From NCBI GenBank assembly GCA_049317725.1, contig JBMOHS010000003.1, positions 1 to 58,030 on the forward strand: a stretch of 58,030 bases of DNA, in the 5' to 3' direction. Below, piece by piece: positions 1-8,786 of the stretch (the first letter of the stretch is position 1; every line of letters starts with the position of its first letter). Source of the stretch: Blastocatellia bacterium (lineage in GTDB: Bacteria > Acidobacteriota > Blastocatellia > RBC074). The notes beneath the pieces were generated by a model, which did not search any database, had not been told where the DNA came from, and was given only the letters and a program-made list of their open reading frames with translations. The translations under genes were made by a program, and so were the position numbers.

Positions 1-52
1 ATTCTCCATTCTCCATTCTCCATTCTCCATTCTCCATTCTCCATTCTCCATT
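1..52. repeat. Heptamer tandem repeat (ATTCTCC)x7 + ATT, truncated by the window edge
   Basis: Seven perfect copies read directly at 1-49. Confidence 0.97.
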
Positions 53-87
53 TACTTTCCGGTTGATGAGAGACGTGGAGGGGGACT

Positions 88-918
88 TCAGGAGAGGGAA
101 GGAGCCTGTTCGGCAGGGCGGGCGATGATGGCGATCCGGTGCTGATTGGCAGCGGCGAGGGTCTCCTCCCGGTCGAGAATCAAGGTCCGATCGGCGGTGA
201 GAGAGAGGGCGGTGACACGGCACGCGACGAGCGTCTCGATCGTTCGCGGGCCGATGACAGGAACATCGAAGCGCATGTCCTGATTGGGCTTGGCGACTTT
301 GACGACCCGCAGAGGACGGCCGTGCACCAGCTCGGCGGCGCGGCGGATCGTCGCATCGGTCCCCTCCATGGCCTCGAGAGCGACGACGGCCTGCTGCTTG
401 ACGACGATCGTCTGCCCCAGATCGAGGCGGGCCAGCTCGAGGGCGACGTGCAGGCCGTAGTCAAGGTCCGCCTGCTCCTCCCGGTTGGGAGCCCGACGGG
501 TCAGGACGCCTTGCCTCGCGAGAAGGGGCTGGAGAAAGAGCGTCGAATCGACCAGCTCGATGCCCTCCTTGGCCAGCTCCTCGGCGACCGCTCCGATGAG
601 GGCATCGGTATTGCGCCGCTTCAAGCGCGCGAGCATGCGGGCCATGCGCAGATCCGGCAGGGCCGAGAGGCGAAAGATCTGGACGTGGCGAACTTGGCCG
701 GCCATGATCACCTGCGTGACCCCGTGGTCGCGGAAGAAGCGGATCAGGCGATTGAGCTGGCCGACTCCCACCCATTCGAGCGTCGGTGCCACCTGCTCGA
801 TCGCCGGATCGCTCTCCTCCCGAATGGCGGCGACGACCAGCTCGGCCCCCGCCGCTCGTGCGCCGTCAAGCACGAGAAAGGGGAAGCGTCCATTGCCGGC
901 AATCAGCCCGTAACGCAT
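88..918 (-). CDS. lpxI: UDP-2,3-diacylglucosamine diphosphatase LpxI
   Basis: Start trimmed to MRYGLIAGNGRFP (ATG 918, GGAGAG upstream); DLGQTIVV, EAMEGTD and QDMRFDVPVIG motifs; directly downstream of lpxA. Confidence 0.9.
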   Translation of the reverse strand: MRYGLIAGNGRFPFLVLDGARAAGAELVVAAIREESDPAIEQVAPTLEWVGVGQLNRLIRFFRDHGVTQVIMAGQVRHVQIFRLSALPDLRMARMLARLKRRNTDALIGAVAEELAKEGIELVDSTLFLQPLLARQGVLTRRAPNREEQADLDYGLHVALELARLDLGQTIVVKQQAVVALEAMEGTDATIRRAAELVHGRPLRVVKVAKPNQDMRFDVPVIGPRTIETLVACRVTALSLTADRTLILDREETLAAANQHRIAIIARPAEQAPSLS

Positions 919-929
919 CGACTCTCCTC

Positions 930-1709
930 TCACCGGGTCGTCACGCCTCGGGTCGACTGCTCGATAAAGGCGATCAGTCGCTCGACTTCGGGCTGCCCCG
1001 CCAGCTCGGCCCGCATCCGCTCGACCGCTTGGCTCGTATTGAGCCGGGCGGCGAGCAGCCAGCGAAAGGCCTGCTGCAGTGCGCGGATCGCCTCGGCCGA
1101 GAACCCCTTTCGGCGCAAGCCCACGGTGTTGGCACCATAACACTTGGCCTCAGCCCCATCGGTTCGCGCGAAGGGCAGTGCATCCTTGACGATCTTGCTG
1201 AACCCACCGACGAAGGCGTACGTCCCGATCCGGCAGAATTGATGAACGCCAACAAATGCTCCGATAATCGCGTCATCCTCGACCACGACGTGGCCCGCCA
1301 GCGAGGCGATATTGGCAAAGACATTCCGCGAACCGACTTGGCAATCGTGGGCAATGTGGCACTGGGCCATGAGGAGGTTGTCGTCCCCCACCCGTGTAAT
1401 GCCACCGCCACCGACCGTTCCGCGGTTGATCGTCACATATTCCCGAATCGTGTTGCGGCTGCCGATCACCAAGCGGGTCGGCTCCCCCCGGTACTTGAGG
1501 TCCTGTGGGGCTTGGCCGAGGGAGGCGAAGGGGTAGATCCGGGTTCCAGTCCCGATCTCGCAGGGGCCTTCCAGCACAACGTGACCGGCTACTTCGACCT
1601 CGTCAGCGAGGACAACCCCCTCGCCGATCAGGGAGTAAGGCCCGATCGAGACGCCAGTTCCCAAACTCGCCCCCGCGTGGACGATGGCCGTTGGATGAAT
1701 CGTTGACAT
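930..1709 (-). CDS. lpxA: Acyl-ACP--UDP-GlcNAc O-acyltransferase
   Basis: IHPTAIV start, hexapeptide repeats, PQDLKY, HIAHDC, VHQFCRIG. Confidence 0.96.
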   Translation of the reverse strand: MSTIHPTAIVHAGASLGTGVSIGPYSLIGEGVVLADEVEVAGHVVLEGPCEIGTGTRIYPFASLGQAPQDLKYRGEPTRLVIGSRNTIREYVTINRGTVGGGGITRVGDDNLLMAQCHIAHDCQVGSRNVFANIASLAGHVVVEDDAIIGAFVGVHQFCRIGTYAFVGGFSKIVKDALPFARTDGAEAKCYGANTVGLRRKGFSAEAIRALQQAFRWLLAARLNTSQAVERMRAELAGQPEVERLIAFIEQSTRGVTTR

Positions 1710-1745
1710 CTGTTCCTCAAGTGGAGATGGAGAAGAGATCCGGCG

Positions 1746-2183
1746 CTAGGGCCGATGCTTATCGGCCAGGACGGAGGAGATCGTCGCTTCCGTCACCAGT
1801 TGGCCGTCGACAAAGGCCTCCGCCTTCAACTTGGCATAGCCCATGCGGTATTTGAGCACGGTCGCTTCGATGCGCAACTGGTCGCCCGGAACGACGGGGC
1901 GCCGGAAACGCGCCTCCTCGATCCCTGTGAAATAGATCAGCTTGCTCTCCCTGTCCGGTACCTCCCGAAAGAGGAGAACAGCTCCGGTTTGGGCCATCGC
2001 CTCGATGATCATCACGCCCGGGAAGACGGGTGCCCCCGGGAAGTGCCCTTCAAAGACGGCCTCGTTGATCGAGATGTTCTTGATCGCGACGATCCGTTTG
2101 AGGGGCTCCAGCTCGATGACCCGGTCGATCAAGAGCATGGGATACCGATGTGGCAGAATTGCCTGGATCTCCTTGATGTCCAT
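1746..2183 (-). CDS. fabZ: 3-hydroxyacyl-ACP dehydratase
   Basis: LPHRYPMLLIDRV, GHFPGAPVFPGVMIIEAMAQ, FRRPVVPGD; start trimmed to ATG 2183. Confidence 0.96.
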   Translation of the reverse strand: MDIKEIQAILPHRYPMLLIDRVIELEPLKRIVAIKNISINEAVFEGHFPGAPVFPGVMIIEAMAQTGAVLLFREVPDRESKLIYFTGIEEARFRRPVVPGDQLRIEATVLKYRMGYAKLKAEAFVDGQLVTEATISSVLADKHRP

Positions 2184-2289
2184 GAGTTGTTCGTTCTCTC
2201 TTTTTCTGATCTGGTGCGGAGCGACCGTCTGGGGAGGAACGCCCTCCCCTGCTCGGCCCTGCCCAGGATGTCCTCTCACTGCAGGGAGG

Positions 2290-3342
2290 TCACGACTCGC
2301 CGCGCGATTCCGGCGCCGACTGCTTCTCCATCCGACGCAGACGCTCGTAGAGTTCGGGAAGGCGCGCGTAGAGCACTTGTGAACGACGCCATTGTTGGTA
2401 GTCCATCGCGGGCATCATCCCGCCGACGACTTTTCCGTCGGCGACGCTCTTGGTGACACCGGTCCGGGCCGTGATGACGACCTGGTCACCGATGGTGATG
2501 TGTTGATTGGTTCCGATCTGGCCGGCGATGATGCAGCGACGGCCGACGCGTGTCCCTCCGGAGAACCCGGCGAGGGCCGCAACGACGGTGTCTTCGCCAA
2601 TCTCGACATTGTGTCCAATCTGGATCAGGTTGTCGAACTTGGCGCCCCGCCGAATTCGCGTCTCCCCGAATCCTCCGCGATCGACGCAGCAGTTGGCTCC
2701 CAGCTCGACGTCATCCTCGATGACGACCCGTCCGACTTGGAGCAGCTTGACCTGCCGCCCCTCCTCATCCGGGGTGAAGCTGAAGCCATCCGCCCCGATG
2801 ACCGATCCGCTGTGAATCCGACAGCGGGCCCCAATCCAGGTCCCCTCATAGACGGTGACATTCGGAAAGATCTCCGTCTCCGGGCCGACCTCGACCTGAT
2901 CTCCCAGGACGACGCCCGGGTGGAGTGTCACGCGATCGCCGATCCGACAGCCGTCTCCAATCGTCACTCGCGGGTGGATCGAACAGTCTGCGCCCAATTC
3001 TGATCCTTCGCCGAGGACGAGATCCGGGCTGACCCCCCTCGATCGGTACGGCCGCGCGTGGAAGAAGGCGATCGCCCGGGCGAAGGCCAGTTTGGGATTC
3101 CGGGCGATGAGGAGGTTCCGGCCCAAGAGGCGCGGCTCGCTCGCCAGCGAAGGGGGGACCAGAAAGGCCGTGGCCTTGGTCTCTACCGCTTCGGCCAAGC
3201 GTGCCCCGTCAGCAACATAGGTCAACTCCCCCGCCTGCACGAAAGAGAGCGACGACACCCCGGCGACGATGACAGCAGCATCACCTTGCGTCGCCGCTCC
3301 CAGTTGCGCAGCGAGGTCTCCCAATGGGATCTTCTTCGACAT
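2290..3342 (-). CDS. lpxD: UDP-3-O-acyl-glucosamine N-acyltransferase
   Basis: Hexapeptide repeats, IHSGSVIGADGF, KFDNLIQIGHNV; lpxD-fabZ-lpxA order. Confidence 0.94.
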   Translation of the reverse strand: MSKKIPLGDLAAQLGAATQGDAAVIVAGVSSLSFVQAGELTYVADGARLAEAVETKATAFLVPPSLASEPRLLGRNLLIARNPKLAFARAIAFFHARPYRSRGVSPDLVLGEGSELGADCSIHPRVTIGDGCRIGDRVTLHPGVVLGDQVEVGPETEIFPNVTVYEGTWIGARCRIHSGSVIGADGFSFTPDEEGRQVKLLQVGRVVIEDDVELGANCCVDRGGFGETRIRRGAKFDNLIQIGHNVEIGEDTVVAALAGFSGGTRVGRRCIIAGQIGTNQHITIGDQVVITARTGVTKSVADGKVVGGMMPAMDYQQWRRSQVLYARLPELYERLRRMEKQSAPESRGES

Positions 3343-3402
3343 GGCTGGTCTCTCCTTGAACGGGAGCCCCGCCCTCCCGCAACTGGGAGGAGAAAGAAAA
3401 TC

Positions 3403-3445
3403 GGCACGCGAGAGAACCGATGTCGTTCCGGCTTTCTCGCGTGCC
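3403..3445 (-). terminator. Probable intrinsic terminator after the skp genes
   Basis: GGCACGCGAGA / TCTCGCGTGCC perfect 11-bp arms, followed on the minus strand by GATTTTCTTT. Confidence 0.65.
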
Positions 3446-3553
3446 AGTCTCTCGTATTCTCATCTTCAGGCTGACTTCTTGAATCGTCTGGTCTCTCCCG
3501 AGAAGGGGGCATCAGGCGATCAGAATCAACCGAGCTCGGCGTCACACGGGCCG

Positions 3554-4183
3554 CTACTTGGCGGCCGGGTTGGCCTTGTTGTACTCCTTGATGAAGTCCT
3601 CGGTGACGTTGGTATTGGGCGAGGCAAAGATCAGCACTCCGGCCTGCTGCGCCGCGCCCCCCTCGAGTACCATGACGATGCCGCGGGCTTGACAGTACTG
3701 CTCCAGAAAGCGGCCGACCTTCTCGTAGACGGGCTGGGAGATCTCACCAAGCCGCTTCTGACCAAAGGCCTCGTAGTCCTCGGCACGACGCTTGAGGGTC
3801 TTCTCCTTCTCGGTCGCCTCTTCGACCCATTGGTTGCGGACCTGGACGCTGACCGTGCTGCCCTGCGTCTGGATCTTGTTCTTGAGGTTGTTGACCTCTT
3901 CCTCCAGGGCTTGGATCTCCTTCTTCTTCGGCTCGAACTCCGCGTTGAGCGTTTCGAGACGGAGTCGCAGTTCGTCGATGCCAGTCCGGAACTGGGCCGT
4001 ATCGATGTAGGCCACCTTGCCCTCAGCTCCTGTTCCACCGGCCTTCGGGGCGGCCGCTCCTGCGGCCGGGGTCGCCGGCGGGGTTGGCGTCTGGCTCCAC
4101 GCGACGCTGGTCGCCATCACCGCCAGCACAACAGCACACAAATGCTTCATCATCTTCTTCACGCTCCTTTTAGTCGATTCCAT
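3554..4183 (-). CDS. skp: OmpH/Skp family periplasmic chaperone (start may be 4153/4150)
   Basis: Signal peptide ending AWS-Q, KVAYID strand, long coiled coil, C-terminal NVTEDFIKEYN; downstream of bamA. Confidence 0.85.
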   Translation of the reverse strand: MESTKRSVKKMMKHLCAVVLAVMATSVAWSQTPTPPATPAAGAAAPKAGGTGAEGKVAYIDTAQFRTGIDELRLRLETLNAEFEPKKKEIQALEEEVNNLKNKIQTQGSTVSVQVRNQWVEEATEKEKTLKRRAEDYEAFGQKRLGEISQPVYEKVGRFLEQYCQARGIVMVLEGGAAQQAGVLIFASPNTNVTEDFIKEYNKANPAAK

Positions 4184-4332
4184 GATTACTTTCTGGTCTG
4201 ACAGGCAGATCGACGATCTCCTGGGTCCACTCTCCCCTGTTCATTGGGGATCAAAGGGGGATCGGGATCGGCCTTTTCCAATCAAATCCGGTTCACATGC
4301 AATTCTTCGGTAGCAACTGCTCACCCGCTCGA

Positions 4333-4923
4333 TCAGGGCTTCGCCGGCGCGGCTGGCGGCTGAAAAGGGTGCGCCTTGTTGTAAGCCGCGAGAAAGATGT
4401 CGGTGATGTTGGCGGTCTGCGAGGCGTAAACAATAATGCCTGTCTCCTGAAGGCGCCGGGCATCGTAGACCGAGGTGATCCCGTTCTGTCGGCAATACTC
4501 GTCGAGGAACTTGCTTAGCTTGTCGTAGACCGCTTCCGTCTCCTCCCCCTCACGGCGGCGGGCCAATACCTGAAGATCCTCGAGCTTGCGCTGGTACTCC
4601 TTCTTGGCAATCTCGATGTCGGCCGAGAGGCGCGACGCCTGCGGCGGCGTCAACGTCCGGTTCTCCGCCAGCGTCTTCTCCTGCGCCGCCAGCTTGGTCT
4701 GCATCGATTCCAGCTCGGTGTAGAAGGAGCTGAACTCCGTCTGCAGTTTGTCATATTTGTACTTCAGTTCGCCAACCTGCTCCCGGAACGAGAGAATATC
4801 GACGATGGCGATCTTCATCTTGGGGACGTCCACCGCCGCCGGGGCGGCGGCCTGCCCAAAGGCGATCGATCCGCCCAACAATACCCACCCCACTATCAAC
4901 CCAATGGTCTGTCTGATCCTCAC
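4333..4923 (-). CDS. skp: OmpH/Skp family periplasmic chaperone, second paralog
   Basis: GTG start at 4923 after GAGGGAG; signal peptide, KIAIVD strand, coiled coil, NITDIFLAAYN end. Confidence 0.8.
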   Translation of the reverse strand: MRIRQTIGLIVGWVLLGGSIAFGQAAAPAAVDVPKMKIAIVDILSFREQVGELKYKYDKLQTEFSSFYTELESMQTKLAAQEKTLAENRTLTPPQASRLSADIEIAKKEYQRKLEDLQVLARRREGEETEAVYDKLSKFLDEYCRQNGITSVYDARRLQETGIIVYASQTANITDIFLAAYNKAHPFQPPAAPAKP

Positions 4924-5044
4924 GACGTTCTCCCTCTTCGAGATATGAAATGCAATTTCTGACAACTTCGGTGACGGGCCAGATTGGTTCCCGCGACACA
5001 CCGCAGCACCTTTTCCGCCGGATCCGCTCGCCCACTTTCTCCGT

Positions 5045-8044
5045 TCAGAATGTTCGTCCCACTGTAAACCGCAGCACGGTCCGTCGCTCGATGAAGAGGA
5101 CACGCGGGTCTGTCACATCCGTTCGCGCCTGCGGATTGAAGGCGTAGATCAACCGGAATGGCACGTTGATGACCGGCATCTGCACCCGGAACTCCAGTCC
5201 GTAGGACGATCGCACATCGGAGAAGAGCTTGACCTTCTGCTCCGAGGAACGAAGAAAACTGTAATCGCGGGACTCCCCTTCGAGGTAGATGCGACGGTAG
5301 CCCACTGGATCTCCCAGAAAGTCGCGGGAGGTGCTGGACAGTTCCTCTTCGGTCGCGATCCGGCCGGCGGGATTGAGGAGCAACCCCGTCCGGGTGATCA
5401 ATTGGTTGACATAGTTGGTCGTCACCAGCTGATCAGCGTAGCGCCGGGAGTTGAAGGTGCTGCCCAGATCGGCGAAGGCCGCGATCGAGAGGACGCTGAA
5501 GACCGGTACCCGGTACTCCAGGTTGTAGATGAACTGGCTGTCTCCACCGATCGGTGTGAAGAAGCGCCCCGCGTTGACGACGTTGCAACCGGTCGCCTGA
5601 TCATTGACCTCTCCGCAGGTCGCATTCCCGACTCGCTGGGATGGCGACTCGAAGGTGTAGTTGCGCAGAACGCTTGGGTGGACCGTTCCTGCCGGAGCGT
5701 CGATAAATCTGGTAGGATCGGCGGGGTCGATGACCTTCGCCTTGACTTCCCTGGTCGAGAGGAACGACTCCGACGAGGCGACCGGCGAGATCGACCGGAA
5801 GTTATAGCCGCGAATATCGAACTCCCCCCCTAAAAAGAACCGCTCGAAGATCGGGATTCCGCCCACGAAAGAGAGTGAATTGGTGTCAAAAGGGCGGCCA
5901 AATGTCCGGATCGTGTCGGCACGGGCCCGCATCGCGATGACGTGCGGTTTGTCCGTGCGGCGTCGGAAGACCGGCACGAAGAGCTGATACTCGACCGAGG
6001 GGGCAATCGTCTTGACGTCCCCTCCCAGGATACCTCCCGCTAACGAGAACCCAAGGAAGAGGCTCTGTCCGCGCGTCGCGTCGATCGCCGCGTTCTTCGT
6101 GTTGTAGAAGAGGTTGGGAGTGATTCGGCTCGTCAAGATCCGCGGCTGGGAGAAGGTGACAGGAATGTCATTGCTCGGGTCATTGTCCCGATTGACCTTC
6201 GGGTCCTGGATACTGTTGGTCGTCAACGAGTAGGTCAGGCCAAACCGTGTCAACCCAGCGAAGTTGCGGAACCGACGGGTGAGAAGCTGCAAGGGGGCCG
6301 AAAGATTGATCGTTCCACCGGTGGTCTGCTGCGTGAAGAGGGTGTTGGCATCGATCGAACTGAGCCCGAAAAAGCTGTTCTGTAGCAACTGCGCCGCGTT
6401 CCCGAAGTTGAATCCCTGGCCGACAAACTGGGCGCGTTGCGCGAAGAGCGAAACGCCGAGGCTGATCGGTCTGCCCATCAGATACGGCTCAGTGAAGCCG
6501 AAACTGGCGAAGACTTGTCGGTTTCCCCCCGAGAGGGCGAGACTGAGCGACTCCCCATATCCAAGCAGGTTGTTGGTCGAATATTCCACCCCGAAGAAGC
6601 TCCCGGCAAATCCGGAGACTCCCCCGTTGAGCTGGATCTGCTGTCGCCCACGCTCCTTGACCTGCAGGTCGATGTCGACCGTCTGATCCCGATCGTTGGT
6701 ACGCGTAATCGCGTCCTTGTCCTTGATCTCGTCGAAGAGTCCCAACTGGTTGAGGCGCAGGATCGAGTAGTCCCAACGACGCTTGTTATAGGGGTCCCCC
6801 TCGTTGAGCAGGACTTCGCGCCGCAGGACGGCGTCGCGGGTATTGGTATTCCCGATGAACTCCAGCCGCCGCATGGTGAATTGACGCCCCTCGTCGACCT
6901 CAAGCGTGACCTCGAGATCCCCCTCTTCGGCCGAATCGGCCCGGGGGAGAAACTTCGGAATGAAGTTGACATCGGCCTGTATGTAGCCCTGGACACCGTA
7001 AAGGTCTTTGATCCCTTTGTAGACGTTGTCCATGATCTTCTTGGCGTCGATGTACTCTCCAACCCGCAGGCTGGAGACCGCGCTGACCACGCCGGGTTGG
7101 AAGATGGTGACCCCCTTCTCCTCGACCTTGGTGATCTTGTAACGGCGACCGACATCGACCGGAATGATCACTTTCAGGCCTGGCCCCTTTTTGCGGAGCC
7201 CCGGGAACGGGATGGGAAAGCCACCCGTTACCGTACCGGCACTCTCCACCTTCGGCTCGCCAAGCTTCGATTCAAGGTAGCCCCGCTGCCCGAGAAAGAG
7301 GCGGATCCGTTCGAGGTCATCCTGAAGCTTCTCCTTGAAATAGATGTCTTTCGAAGTCAGTGTCGAGAGAAAACCGGCCTCCTTGACCAGCTTCATCGCG
7401 CCACGCAGACGACGCTGAGAGAAGCCATCCCGGTCCCCGACAAACTCGATCTCTTTGATGCGGACTCGCGGGCCCTCCTCGACGTTGAAGATGAGGGCGA
7501 CCGTTGTCGCGGAGATGTCCTCGACCTCGACCTCGACGACAGCCTCCGGGTGGCCCTTCTCCGCGAGAATCTCCCGAAGGGCCAAGCGGGCACCATTGGC
7601 CTTCGCCGGATCGAACTGGGACTCCTTGCTGACCTGGACGCGCCGCTCCTTGAATCGCGTCAGAACGTCGCTCTCCGTCGCTGACTTCAAGCCACGGTAC
7701 TGCAGGTCGCGGATGATCGGATACTCCTTGACTTGAAAGATGATGATCTTGCCGCCCCTTGGCCCATCCTCGACGTAGAGTTTGGTGCCGAGCGGGTCGA
7801 AGAGGCCCATCTGAATGATCGCCTGCAGATCCCGCTGTGCCAGTCCAAGGTTGAAAGGATCCTGGGGCTTGCTCTGCACGTAGTAGAGAATCGATTCGCG
7901 TGGGATCCGACGGTTCCCTCTGATCTCGACATCCTCGACGAAGACTGCCTGATTGGCCGGTTGTGCCAAAATTTGATCGGGGGAGAAGAGGGTAAGTAAG
8001 ACGAAAATTGTTGCGCTTGCCAGAACGGTAATGCGCTGAGCCAT
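5045..8044 (-). CDS. bamA: Outer membrane protein assembly factor BamA
   Basis: Five POTRA-like repeats (e.g. FIGNTNTRDAVLRRE), ERFFLGG...IRGY motif, C-terminal F; start trimmed to MAQRIT (signal peptide, GGGAG RBS). The ORF is open up to 8314. Confidence 0.93.
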   Translation of the reverse strand: MAQRITVLASATIFVLLTLFSPDQILAQPANQAVFVEDVEIRGNRRIPRESILYYVQSKPQDPFNLGLAQRDLQAIIQMGLFDPLGTKLYVEDGPRGGKIIIFQVKEYPIIRDLQYRGLKSATESDVLTRFKERRVQVSKESQFDPAKANGARLALREILAEKGHPEAVVEVEVEDISATTVALIFNVEEGPRVRIKEIEFVGDRDGFSQRRLRGAMKLVKEAGFLSTLTSKDIYFKEKLQDDLERIRLFLGQRGYLESKLGEPKVESAGTVTGGFPIPFPGLRKKGPGLKVIIPVDVGRRYKITKVEEKGVTIFQPGVVSAVSSLRVGEYIDAKKIMDNVYKGIKDLYGVQGYIQADVNFIPKFLPRADSAEEGDLEVTLEVDEGRQFTMRRLEFIGNTNTRDAVLRREVLLNEGDPYNKRRWDYSILRLNQLGLFDEIKDKDAITRTNDRDQTVDIDLQVKERGRQQIQLNGGVSGFAGSFFGVEYSTNNLLGYGESLSLALSGGNRQVFASFGFTEPYLMGRPISLGVSLFAQRAQFVGQGFNFGNAAQLLQNSFFGLSSIDANTLFTQQTTGGTINLSAPLQLLTRRFRNFAGLTRFGLTYSLTTNSIQDPKVNRDNDPSNDIPVTFSQPRILTSRITPNLFYNTKNAAIDATRGQSLFLGFSLAGGILGGDVKTIAPSVEYQLFVPVFRRRTDKPHVIAMRARADTIRTFGRPFDTNSLSFVGGIPIFERFFLGGEFDIRGYNFRSISPVASSESFLSTREVKAKVIDPADPTRFIDAPAGTVHPSVLRNYTFESPSQRVGNATCGEVNDQATGCNVVNAGRFFTPIGGDSQFIYNLEYRVPVFSVLSIAAFADLGSTFNSRRYADQLVTTNYVNQLITRTGLLLNPAGRIATEEELSSTSRDFLGDPVGYRRIYLEGESRDYSFLRSSEQKVKLFSDVRSSYGLEFRVQMPVINVPFRLIYAFNPQARTDVTDPRVLFIERRTVLRFTVGRTF

Positions 8045-8786
8045 GCAAGTTCTCCCATCTCGACAATGTCGATCGCGCTCCATCTTCATCATTTTATGAT
8101 CTCGCCTCTCCCCTGCCGACGGGGCTCCACCGGGCACGATCTGGTGAATCTGGGGGACCGTGCCCCGGCGGCAGTCGTTGATCTTCAGCATTCTCTCCGG
8201 TCGTGGGTCGAACGGATCGGGGTGGTTCCTCTCCTGTCCTCTCTTCGGCCCTCTCTTCCATTCGGGACCAGACAAGAGCGAGGAACTTGATTCGGCAGGG
8301 TTTTGAATATTCATGGTTGGGGCAGGGTCCGACTTTCGTCTTCAGTCTCGCTCTCTTTTGGTCGTTTTCTCTCTTCCGCTGGCCACTCTTTAGACTCGGC
8401 CTTGAGCCACTCGACTACATTCGGCAGAACCCCACCTCACGCCAGCCGCAGACTGGCTTTCATCTGACTGGATGAAATCATTGACCGAGCGGGCAATCAA
8501 CCGTGCGACTTGAAGCTGCCATCTGAAACTGCCAGACTGTCCAAGCCGGCTTGGGTGGTGATTGACCAGGAATCATCCCTGGGGCCACCGCTGAGACTGT
8601 ATCTTCCTCAGGTTGGGGCTTGCCAAACAATCCTCGTCAGAACGATCCTCATTCCCCAATTTTGCAGCCTCATTTTAAGAGCGCGAATTATACGAAACTT
8701 CTCCCCGGTTGAACAACCCTCTCCCGGTTCCGGTCTCCATTCCGGACCGATTTTCCACACGGAGAAGAGGGGGGAGAGGGGAATGG

